Part shown: positions 16,378 to 23,860 of the stretch, piece by piece | Numbering within the stretch: position 1 is the stretch's first letter | How the letters are laid out: each line of letters begins with the position of its first letter | NCBI RefSeq assembly: GCF_019464535.1 | Contig: NZ_CP080507.1 | Location: forward strand, 1,290,001-1,322,000 | Source of the DNA: Horticoccus luteus | GTDB taxonomy: Bacteria; Verrucomicrobiota; Verrucomicrobiia; Opitutales; Opitutaceae | DNA: 32,000 bases | Reading direction: 5' to 3' | Made by a program: the position numbers and the translations under genes | The notes under the pieces: generated by a model | What the model saw: the letters and a program-made list of their open reading frames with translations, nothing else | Databases searched by the model: none | What the model was told of the DNA's origin: nothing

Positions 16378-18051
16378 TCAGGAGGCGGCGGGAACGCGGC
16401 CGTGCGCGGCGTGGGTTTCGCCGGACTTGGTTTCCTGGAGGAGTTGCTCGACCGATTTGCTGAAAAAATCCTTCGCGGAGAGCGATTCGAGGTGTGCGTG
16501 GTAGGCGTTTACGATCGGATCGAGGCGATCGATGGTAGGGCCGGCGGGATCGTCGCCGTAGTTGTCGAACCGATGTTTGAATTCGCCCATCGTGATGCGA
16601 TTGAGGGGGCGGGCGGGCTGGTAAGAGAAGTCGGTGGCGGGAGCGTCGTCGGCCGGCGGGATGGGGGTGATGAATTTGAGGTCGACGAGGCGGTTGATGG
16701 ATTCGTTGAGGATCTGCGTGGGCACTTTGATGAGTTCGCCGAGCTGCGGGGCGGTCACGGGCGGCTGGCAGGCTTGGAAGCGGCGGCAGATGGCGAGCAG
16801 AACGGTGAGGGAAAGGCGTTCGCGGGTGGAGGTGTTGAGACCGCTCCAAGCCGCCTGGCTGTTGCGGAAGTGGAGGTTTTGCACGGCGTAGCTCACCTGG
16901 CCGCCGACGAGCACGTAGAGCCAAAAAATATAGAGACCGAACATCACCACGAGGGGAAAGCCGAGGGAGCCGTAGAGGCTTTCGGTGAGGATGACGCGCC
17001 GCACATAAAGGAAGGCGAGGTAGTTGTTGAGCATCAGGAGCGACGCAACAATCAGCGCCCCGACAAAGGCGGCCCGCCAGTAAACGCGGGTGTGCGGTAT
17101 CACGCGGTAGAAAATGGTGAGCAAAAGCACCACGAGGAGAAAGGAGAACGCGGGGAGGGACCACTGGAGCGCGACGTTGATCTGCTCCGAGAACGGAAGG
17201 CGGCCGATGGTCTCGTTGAAGATGTTGAGGAACGCGCCGGCGCTGAGAAGGGTGATCGACGCGAAGAAGAGGACGGCGCCCAAGGTGAGAATCGTCCAGT
17301 AATACACCACGCGCATGAACAGGGAGCGGCCGCTGCGGACGCCCCAGATTTCGTTAAACGTGTCCTCCACGGTTTTGAACAGGAGCAGCACGATGAGCAC
17401 CAGGGAGAAGAAACCCACAGTGCCGGCTTTGCCGGAACTGCCCTGGTTGATGAAGTTGTCCATCATCCGGACGAGCCGCGGGTTCAACTGCATGTCGGAC
17501 GCGTCGGCGATCGCGGGCGGCGCGGTGGCATCGGGTCCGGTGTTGGTGGCGGTGGTGCCGGGTGCGGACTGATCGTTGGAAGGCGCGGTCGTGGTGGCGG
17601 CGGGAGGTGACGGGCGGGTGGCGGGCGTCGAAGCGGAGGGTGCAGAAGCGGCGGGCTGCGTGGCGGTGGCTTGGGCGGCGTTGGCTTGGCGGCGCCGGTG
17701 GGCATGGGCGGCGTCGAGCTTACCGTATTGGCCGACTTGCGGCGCGACGAAGTAGATGAGGCGGCTGAGGGTGTTGGCGGCGAGATCGGGGTCCTTTTTA
17801 TCGAGGACGAAACCCGCCAAAAGCATGGTCAGCGCGACGAGGGGGCCGAGCCCGAGCAAAGAGCTGAAGCTCAAAGCGGCGGCGCGGCTCGCGGCTTTCG
17901 TTTCCACGAAAACGGTGAAGGTGATCGAGATCACGCGCAACGCGGCGTAGAGCCACGCGCGAGGAGAGCCGGCCTGAAGGTTTTCCGAGCGCCAGATTTC
18001 CTTGCGGAAGAGGACGGCGGTGCGTGTGGCGAACGTGGACAGACGCGACAT
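16378..18051 (-). CDS. YihY/BrkB-family inner membrane protein with internal low-complexity insertion and C-terminal winged-helix-like extension
   Basis: The ATG at 18051 (MSRLSTFATRT...) lies 21 nt after the upstream stop. The track ORF to 18456 would overlap that gene. YihY-type blocks: AAALSFSSLLGLGPLV, FNEIWGV, GSLGFPLVVMFGLYIFWLYVLVGGQVSYA. Ala/Thr/Pro/Ser-rich insert at about residues 113-185. Residues from about 405 to 557 are soluble. Confidence 0.85.
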   Translation of the reverse strand: MSRLSTFATRTAVLFRKEIWRSENLQAGSPRAWLYAALRVISITFTVFVETKAASRAAALSFSSLLGLGPLVALTMLLAGFVLDKKDPDLAANTLSRLIYFVAPQVGQYGKLDAAHAHRRRQANAAQATATQPAASAPSASTPATRPSPPAATTTAPSNDQSAPGTTATNTGPDATAPPAIADASDMQLNPRLVRMMDNFINQGSSGKAGTVGFFSLVLIVLLLFKTVEDTFNEIWGVRSGRSLFMRVVYYWTILTLGAVLFFASITLLSAGAFLNIFNETIGRLPFSEQINVALQWSLPAFSFLLVVLLLTIFYRVIPHTRVYWRAAFVGALIVASLLMLNNYLAFLYVRRVILTESLYGSLGFPLVVMFGLYIFWLYVLVGGQVSYAVQNLHFRNSQAAWSGLNTSTRERLSLTVLLAICRRFQACQPPVTAPQLGELIKVPTQILNESINRLVDLKFITPIPPADDAPATDFSYQPARPLNRITMGEFKHRFDNYGDDPAGPTIDRLDPIVNAYHAHLESLSAKDFFSKSVEQLLQETKSGETHAAHGRVPAAS

Positions 18052-18071
18052 GCGGCGGAGGGCGAAGCCGC

Positions 18072-18824
18072 TCAGGTCGTGAGCAGCAGGTAAGTGAGAG
18101 CGCCGGCACCCGCCAGACCCACCAGCCCGACGACGATGACGGCGGTGACGCTCACGAAAAGCGTGCAGCAGAAAAGCCCGGTGGAGGCCGCGGCGACGAG
18201 GAGAATCGGCAGCGACTGACCGTGCGCCCAAAAGAGGAAGCCGATGAAGCCGAGGCCGAGCGCGGCGCGAAAACGGACGACAGGATACAGCGTCACCATG
18301 CCGAGCATGAGCAGCAGCGCGAGCAAGGCGTCGAGGAGGCCGAGGAGGACGAGGGGCTGCGCCAACAGTTTGGCGGGCGTGAAGGCCATGATGACATCGA
18401 CCGCGGGAAGGACTTCGCCGGCGGCGCTCACGAGCAGGATGACGATGGCGGACCACATGCCGATTTTTGCGGCGCGAGCCATGGCGATCTCGGGATCGGA
18501 TTTATCCTTCGTCTCGGCCGTGCGACCTTCGGCGGCGGCGAGCATATCGTCGACGGTGATGGGCGCAGCCGCGGCCGGCGCGGTGTTCAGGGCGCTGAAC
18601 GACTCCTGCGGGCGAAGTTTCAGTTTGGTCTTCTCCGGGAAGAGCAGCGTCTGAAGTTCCGCGTTGGACTTGATGGCGCTCCATTGTTCGGAGCCGGCGT
18701 CGTAGAAGAGCGTCTCAGGCGTCACTTGGCCGGTCTCGGCCAGGGAGGTCATTTGTTCGAGGGTGAACGGTCCGCGGGCTTCACTTTCCTCCGCGGAACG
18801 GATGTAGAATTCCTGCGTGACCAT
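18072..18824 (-). CDS. GYF_2-type domain protein fused to a multi-pass membrane domain
   Basis: ATG at 18824 (MVTQEFYIRSAEESEARGPFTLEQMTSLAETGQVTPETLFYDAGSEQWSAIKS) has the GYF_2/DUF4339-like pattern. It is followed by about 5 hydrophobic helices. Confidence 0.75.
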   Translation of the reverse strand: MVTQEFYIRSAEESEARGPFTLEQMTSLAETGQVTPETLFYDAGSEQWSAIKSNAELQTLLFPEKTKLKLRPQESFSALNTAPAAAAPITVDDMLAAAEGRTAETKDKSDPEIAMARAAKIGMWSAIVILLVSAAGEVLPAVDVIMAFTPAKLLAQPLVLLGLLDALLALLLMLGMVTLYPVVRFRAALGLGFIGFLFWAHGQSLPILLVAAASTGLFCCTLFVSVTAVIVVGLVGLAGAGALTYLLLTT

Positions 18825-18885
18825 ACGGTGCCGGACTGTGCGCAGGGGCCGGAAACGCGGCAAGACCTTATTGCCCCGCGAGCGG

Positions 18886-20664
18886 TCACATCCGCGTCAA
18901 CGTGCGCAGCCCGAGGAGGTGCAGGCCGGTTTCGAGCACCAGGAGGGTGCGGGCGCAGAGAAGGAGGCGGCGCGCGCGGATGGCAGGATCGTCGACGATT
19001 ACTTTGTCCGCGCTGTAGAAGCTGCTGAATTCGCCGGCGAGTTCGTAGAGATAGAGGCCGAGGAAGTGGGGGCGGAGGGTGTCGGTCGCAAGGCGTAGCG
19101 CATCGGGGAATTTGACGAGTTTGCGGGCGAGGGCGATTTCCGCAGGCGTGTGGAGCGGGCTGGCATGCGCTTCGGTGGCGGGATCGGCGGGCGTGAGGTT
19201 TTGTTTGCGGAAAATGGAGTGAACGCGCGCGACGGCGTAGAGGAGGTAGGGGGCGGTGTTGCCGTCGAGCGCCAGCATTTTTTCCCAGGAGAAAACGTAG
19301 TTGCTGCTGCGATTCTGGGAGAGGTCGGCGTATTGCACGGCGCCGATGCCGACGATCTCGGCAATGGAGCGGCGCTCGGTTTCGGGGAGGTCGGCGTTCT
19401 TTTCCGAGACGATGGCAAAGGCGCGGTCCACGGCTTCGTCGAGGAGCGCTTTGAGTTTGATGGTGTCGCCGTCGCGGGTTTTCAGGGCTTTGCCGTCTTC
19501 ACCGGTGACGGCGCCAAACGTCACATGGTGCAGCTCGGGCAAGCGGTAGTTTTTCGCGGCGAACCATTTTTTGACGGTGAGAAACAACTGCTCGAAGTGA
19601 TCGCCTTGGCGGAAATCGGTGACGACGACGATGCCATCGGCGTGGAAGTGTTCGACGCGGTAGAGGGCGGTGGCGAGGTCGGTGGAAGCGTAGCCGCTGG
19701 CGCCATCGGCTTTGCGGACCATGAAGGGATTGGGGCGCTCGGCCTGGCGGCTAAAGCGGGGATGTTCGTCGTGGAAAACGACGAGGGCGCCGGCACTGTT
19801 CTCGGCGATCGGCGGGGTGGTTTCCGTCAGCTCGCGGTAAACGCGGTCCACTTTGTCGTTGTAGAAGGACTCGCCCAAGTGGTGATCGAAATGGATGCCG
19901 AGCCGGTCATAGATTTGTTGAAACGCGGCGAGGGAGACATCGGAGAATTTTTTCCAGAGGGCGACGTTGGCGGGGTCGCCATTTTGCAGGGCCACGAGTT
20001 CGCGGCGGGCTTCGTCGAGGGCGGGCGAGCCTTCCGGCGTGGCATCATTGCCGAGTTTATAGAGGCGTTCGAGTTCCTCGATGGGTTCGCGCGCGAGGGC
20101 GGCGGGATCGGCCCAGCGTTTGAAGCCGTAGATGAGCTTGCCGAACTGGGTGCCCCAATCGCCCAGATGGTTATCGCGAATCACCCGCGCGCCGGTGAAG
20201 GCGAGGAGGCGGCAGATGGCCTCGCCGATGACCGCAGAGCGCAGGTGCCCCACATGCATTTGCTTCGCGGTGTTGGGCGAACTGTAGTCAACCACCCACG
20301 TCTGGCCGGCGTGGGCCGCGGCGGCGCCGGTGGCGAGGGTGGCGCGCGAATGGTAGGCGCGGAGCCAGGCGAGCAGGGTCGCGGGGCGCGCGGTAAAATT
20401 GATGAAACCGGGGCCGGCGATGGTGACGTCGAAGGCGGCGGCGATCGGCGCGGGGAGGGCGGCGATGAGTTGTTCGGCGACGGTGCGTGGGTTGAGTTTG
20501 CGCGCCTTCGCATAGCCGAGCACGCCGTTGGCCTGAAAATCACCATGTCGGGGATCGGCGGTGCGGAGATCGGGCGCAAACGCCGCGGCGTCGAGACCGG
20601 CGGCGGCGGCGGCTTGGTGCAGCGCGTGGGCGAGGTCGTCGGCGAGGTGGAAGGTCACGTGCAT
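18886..20664 (-). CDS. argS: Arginine--tRNA ligase
   Basis: ATG at 20664 (MHVTFHLADD...). Class I HIGH-type motif (MHVGHLRS). C-terminal DALR anticodon-binding-like region ending in ...TRM, as is typical for ArgRS. The track extension to 20874 is Arg/Pro-rich and rejected. Confidence 0.95.
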   Translation of the reverse strand: MHVTFHLADDLAHALHQAAAAAGLDAAAFAPDLRTADPRHGDFQANGVLGYAKARKLNPRTVAEQLIAALPAPIAAAFDVTIAGPGFINFTARPATLLAWLRAYHSRATLATGAAAAHAGQTWVVDYSSPNTAKQMHVGHLRSAVIGEAICRLLAFTGARVIRDNHLGDWGTQFGKLIYGFKRWADPAALAREPIEELERLYKLGNDATPEGSPALDEARRELVALQNGDPANVALWKKFSDVSLAAFQQIYDRLGIHFDHHLGESFYNDKVDRVYRELTETTPPIAENSAGALVVFHDEHPRFSRQAERPNPFMVRKADGASGYASTDLATALYRVEHFHADGIVVVTDFRQGDHFEQLFLTVKKWFAAKNYRLPELHHVTFGAVTGEDGKALKTRDGDTIKLKALLDEAVDRAFAIVSEKNADLPETERRSIAEIVGIGAVQYADLSQNRSSNYVFSWEKMLALDGNTAPYLLYAVARVHSIFRKQNLTPADPATEAHASPLHTPAEIALARKLVKFPDALRLATDTLRPHFLGLYLYELAGEFSSFYSADKVIVDDPAIRARRLLLCARTLLVLETGLHLLGLRTLTRM

Positions 20665-20787
20665 CTTCGCACGAAACCAGCGGCAGGGGCGGGCTCGCAA
20701 GAGTGGAGTTGGCCGGCGCCGCGGGCGCCAAACGCGCGCAGGAAAACCGGTTGATCGCGCGCGGGGAGGCGGCGGCGGGTGAACCGG

Positions 20788-20818
20788 CGGGGCAGTTTTG
20801 GCTCGACAAATTGCCCCG
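20788..20818. promoter_or_regulatory. 11-bp inverted repeat overlapping a sigma70-like -35 element upstream of the phosphorylase-like gene
   Basis: cggggcagttt (20788-20798) pairs with aaattgccccg (20808-20818) with one G-T position and a 9-nt spacer. Promoter-like hexamers are TTGCCC (20811-20816), a 17-nt spacer, then TAAACT (20834-20839). A further hairpin ctgcgg-cagc-ccgcag sits at 20847-20862, about 20 nt before the ATG. Confidence 0.3.
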
Positions 20819-20881
20819 ACAAGGGTCTGGTCGTAAACTTTCCCGCCTGCGGCAGCCCGCAGAAGGGCATACACTATCTAC

Positions 20882-22225
20882 ATGAGCAAACGCAACATCC
20901 CGACCCGGAGGTTTATCAAGCCCAGCTTCGAGTTTCTAATCGAAAAGAAACGCGATGGAGCGGAGTTCTCCCAAGAGGAGATCCGTTATATCATTGATAG
21001 CACCCTAGATGGAGAGATGCCGAAGCATCAGCTCGCGGCGCTGGCGATGGCGATTTACTTCTCCGGCATGTCAGCGCAGGAGACGGCCGATCTGACGGAA
21101 GAGATGATGCTGTCGGGCGAAGTGATCGACTTATCGAGCATCGCGAAGCCCAAGATCGACAAGTATTCGACGGGCGGCGTGGGCGACAAGACGTCGCTGG
21201 TGCTGGTGCCCCTGGCCATGGCGGCGGGCGTCGTGGTGCCGATGATGTGTGGCGTGGAGCACGATTACATCATCAACGCGTTGGACAAACTGGCCTGCTT
21301 CCCGGGCTTCAAGGGCGAGCAATCGATCGATCAGTTCACCGCGCAACTCAGCCGGATCGGCGGGGCGATCGTGGCGCAGACCAAGGATCTCGCGCCGGCG
21401 GACGCGAAATTTTACGCGTTGCGGAAGGAGACGGGCACGATCCCGAGTCTGCCGCTCATCACGGGCAGCGTTCTCTCGAAGAAACTCGCCGAGGGCTCCG
21501 AAGGCCTCGTGATTGATGTGAAGTGGGGCAACGGCTCCTTTATCAAGGATCTTGAGCAGGCGAAGCAGCTGGCGCGGTCCATGACCCGCGTGGGGCGTTC
21601 GATGAAGCGCCGCTGTGTGGCGCTGGTGACGGACATGAACCAACCGCTCGGCGACACGGTCGGCACGGCGCTGGAAGTGCGCGAAGCGATCCAGTTGCTG
21701 AAGGGTGAAGGCCCGGAAGACATCAAGGAGCTCGTGCTCAAGCTCGGCATGGAAATCGTCCGCCTCGCGGGCGTGGCGGGTTCCACGCTGTCGGCGAAGC
21801 AAACCGTGCAACGGCATCTGACCGACGGTTCCGCGCTGCAAAAATTCAAGGATCTGGTGAAGGCGCAGGGCGGCGATACGACCATGATCGACCACCCCGA
21901 AAAACTGCCGCAGGCGAAGCACATTCGGAAACTGCCGGCGCCGAAGCGCGGCTATGTGCACACGATCAATGCGGCGATGATTGCGCGCGGCGTGCATCTG
22001 CTGGGCGCGGGCCGCGACGACCCGCATGACAAGATCGACTACTCGGTCGGCGTTTCGGAGATCAAAAAAGTCGGCACTCAAGTAAAACAGGGTGAACCGC
22101 TGATGATGATTCACTACAACGACGAGGCGAAGTTGGAGCAGGCGCTCGAATATTTTAAGAACGCCTACCGGCTCGCGCCGAAGCGGCCGACGCCGCCGCC
22201 GCTTGTGGTGGAGCGCGTGGCGTAA
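20882..22225 (+). CDS. Thymidine/pyrimidine-nucleoside phosphorylase family protein with a divergent catalytic loop
   Basis: 447 aa, collinear with DeoA/Pdp: EKKRDG, LAALAMAIYF, DKYSTGGVGDKTSLVL, LAPADAKFYALR, PLITGSVLSKKLAEG, TDMNQPLG, ALEVREA, and a C-terminal DYSVG...GEPLMMIHYN. The canonical [11 protein letters not shown] loop is replaced by CGVEHDYIINA (nt 21248-21280). Confidence 0.88.
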   Translation: MSKRNIPTRRFIKPSFEFLIEKKRDGAEFSQEEIRYIIDSTLDGEMPKHQLAALAMAIYFSGMSAQETADLTEEMMLSGEVIDLSSIAKPKIDKYSTGGVGDKTSLVLVPLAMAAGVVVPMMCGVEHDYIINALDKLACFPGFKGEQSIDQFTAQLSRIGGAIVAQTKDLAPADAKFYALRKETGTIPSLPLITGSVLSKKLAEGSEGLVIDVKWGNGSFIKDLEQAKQLARSMTRVGRSMKRRCVALVTDMNQPLGDTVGTALEVREAIQLLKGEGPEDIKELVLKLGMEIVRLAGVAGSTLSAKQTVQRHLTDGSALQKFKDLVKAQGGDTTMIDHPEKLPQAKHIRKLPAPKRGYVHTINAAMIARGVHLLGAGRDDPHDKIDYSVGVSEIKKVGTQVKQGEPLMMIHYNDEAKLEQALEYFKNAYRLAPKRPTPPPLVVERVA

Positions 22226-22241
22226 GGCTCACGACCAAAAC

Positions 22242-22277
22242 AAAACCGACCGGATTTCCGGTCGGTTTTTTGTTTTT
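22242..22277. terminator. Bidirectional Rho-independent terminator
   Basis: aaaa-ccgaccgg-attt-ccggtcgg-tttttt is a perfect 8-bp stem (22246-22253 / 22258-22265) with a 4-nt loop. An A-run lies upstream and T-runs downstream. It sits between convergent genes ending at 22225 (+) and 22337 (-). Confidence 0.85.
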
Positions 22278-22336
22278 GTGAGCGCGGAGGGCGCGCCGAA
22301 TTTGCTCCGCCGCAGGCCGTCGGCGGGACCAGCGGC

Positions 22337-22738
22337 CTACAGGCGGGGTTCACCCGTGGACTGAGGGCGGAGCGCCAGGAAGAGAGCTGCAGCGACGGCG
22401 GCGGCAGAAATCAGGACGGGGCCGGAGAGCGTTGCGGCGGCGGCGAGCTCGGCGGACTGCGCGATGAGATGGTCGGAAAGCGCGGCGAGGAGGTTGCGCC
22501 AATCGGCGAGACCCGGGCCGACTGCGCCTCGTTGCCAAGCGAAGAAGGCGCCGGCGGCGATTCCGACGCCGACGAGGATCGCGCGCCGCGAGAGGTGGAA
22601 TGACCGCGCGGGTGGCGGCAGCGCGGCGAGGACGCGAGGCGTGAATCCGTCGTCGGGCAGATCGCCAGCGAGACGAGCGGAGAGAATCTGCTCGAGCGGA
22701 TCGTCGGGCGGGAGAGGGGTCAGGTTTGGGGATTCCAT
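22337..22738 (-). CDS. Putative anti-sigma factor (single-pass membrane protein, no zinc-binding motif)
   Basis: 133 aa. Its start overlaps the ECF sigma gene 3' end by 19 nt. Short cytoplasmic N-terminus (DPLEQILSARLAG), one TM helix (AILVGVGIAAGAFFAW) and a short Ala-rich C-terminus. No HxxxCxxC. The call rests mainly on position. Confidence 0.55.
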   Translation of the reverse strand: MESPNLTPLPPDDPLEQILSARLAGDLPDDGFTPRVLAALPPPARSFHLSRRAILVGVGIAAGAFFAWQRGAVGPGLADWRNLLAALSDHLIAQSAELAAAATLSGPVLISAAAVAAALFLALRPQSTGEPRL

Positions 22739-23256
22739 GCGGCAAGCAGGTGACGAAGTTTTTCCTTACTGCGGGCGAGGTGCGTTTTCAACGTGCCGAG
22801 CGGACATGCGAGCAGGTCCGCGGCTTCACGGTGCGAGAGTCCTTGCTGATAACAGACGTGGACGACGTTTTGTTCTTCGGGCGAAAGCTGGGCCAGCGCG
22901 GTGTCGAGATCCTGGTTAAGATCCGAATTGCGGGCGGTGGCAGTGAGCGTGGCGTGGTCCGGGAGCGTGGCACAGGGGAACTCGCGTTGGCGCCGGCGGG
23001 CGTTGCGAAATTTATTGTGGGCGATGCCGAGGAGCCAGGTGGCGAAGCGCGCGCGGCCGGCAAAGCGAGGCAGCGTGCGGTGGACTTCGAGGAACGTTTC
23101 CTGGGCGAGATCGTCGGCCCAGGCGGCATCGCCGTGCGTGAGGTGGCGCAGGAAGCGCCGGACCGCGGACTGATGTCGGTGAACGAGTTCTCCAAACGCG
23201 CAGCGGTCGTCGTGGGCGACGATGCGGGCGATGAGTTCGTGGTCGGACGGGATCAC
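22720..23256 (-). CDS. ECF-type RNA polymerase sigma-70 factor
   Basis: The GTG at 23256 overlaps the upstream TGA (GTGA). Region 2 reads FLRHLTHGDAAWADDLAQETFLEVH...ARFATWLLGIAHNKFRNARR. Region 4 reads LSPEEQNVVHVCYQQGLSHREAADLLACPLGTLKTHLARSKEKL. The track extension to 23469 is rejected. Confidence 0.9.
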   Translation of the reverse strand: MIPSDHELIARIVAHDDRCAFGELVHRHQSAVRRFLRHLTHGDAAWADDLAQETFLEVHRTLPRFAGRARFATWLLGIAHNKFRNARRRQREFPCATLPDHATLTATARNSDLNQDLDTALAQLSPEEQNVVHVCYQQGLSHREAADLLACPLGTLKTHLARSKEKLRHLLAAWNPQT

Positions 23257-23690
23257 GATTGGGGCGGGCGATCGAGGTCGGTGGACGGGTTGTTGCGGCG
23301 AAAGAGAGCGGTCAGGAGGCCATTGAGCAGGAGCGCGACACCGATGCCCCCGGTGATGTAGGCACCGATGAGTTGAGGGCCGGAGCCGACGTCGCGCAAT
23401 CCGTAGTAGAGGCCGAAGGAAACGGCGAGAAGGATGAGGCCGCTGCGCAGGTCGTTCCGCGGGCCGCACCGGCGGCGCGAGCGGTCATCTGCCTGCTGCA
23501 ATGCGGGCGGAAGCGGTTGACCTTTCTCCAAGGCGACACGCGCGGTGTCGTGCCAGAGTCGGCGGCGCTCGTGCGCAAAATACATGCTGAGAAAAACGAT
23601 GAGGACGCCGCCGCTGATGGCAGAAATCGGGATCCAAAACGGCGAGATGGACGTTACGTTGGCGAAGTAGGAAGCGAGGTGGAGTTGCAT
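23253..23690 (-). CDS. Small membrane protein, first gene of the ECF sigma operon (DUF6249-like)
   Basis: ATG at 23690 (MQLHLASYF...). A TM helix is followed by YFAHERRRLWHDTARVALEKGQPLP, then two more helices. This pattern resembles small membrane proteins often encoded next to ECF sigma genes (from memory, not searched). Confidence 0.65.
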   Translation of the reverse strand: MQLHLASYFANVTSISPFWIPISAISGGVLIVFLSMYFAHERRRLWHDTARVALEKGQPLPPALQQADDRSRRRCGPRNDLRSGLILLAVSFGLYYGLRDVGSGPQLIGAYITGGIGVALLLNGLLTALFRRNNPSTDLDRPPQS

Positions 23691-23860
23691 AATGGATTCG
23701 AGAGTGAGTGTCGCCAGAGCGGCGTTTGGATGTGGGAAAGTGCGCAAAGTGAAAGAAAAGACGCCCCGGGGGAGATCAGGCCGCGTGGGTGCGGGCGCGC
23801 GAAGAAAAGCGAATGCATTGCCTTGCGGCGCGGGCGCGGGAAGATTTCTGCGTCGAGACC

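Noticed and set aside
16229-17164. 311-aa minus-strand ORF in an alternative frame of the YihY gene
   Set aside because: It is on the same strand but out of frame with a gene showing YihY family blocks. Its Pro/Arg-rich translation is spurious.
19150-20754. 534-aa plus-strand ORF opposite argS
   Set aside because: argS on the minus strand is unambiguous (HIGH motif, DALR-like C-terminus). The antisense frame is low-complexity.
20665-20874. N-terminal extension of the argS ORF, with analogous extensions at 18052..18456 (YihY), 23257..23469 (ECF sigma), 14301..14486 (TolC-like) and 6075..6188 (lipoprotein)
   Set aside because: The extensions are Arg/Pro-rich, lack homology-like sequence, and in three cases would overlap the upstream gene. 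Internal starts give canonical N-termini or signal peptides and classic ATGA/GTGA-style junctions.
21248-21280. Compensating frameshifts or sequencing error as the cause of the altered phosphorylase loop
   Set aside because: I translated the other two frames across this segment (VAWSTITSSTRW... and WRGARLHHQRVG...). Neither encodes the canonical [11 protein letters not shown] loop, so the substitution appears genuine at the DNA level.
21131-22114. 327-aa minus-strand ORF opposite the phosphorylase-like gene
   Set aside because: Arg/His/Leu-rich antisense translation. The plus frame is collinear with DeoA/Pdp.
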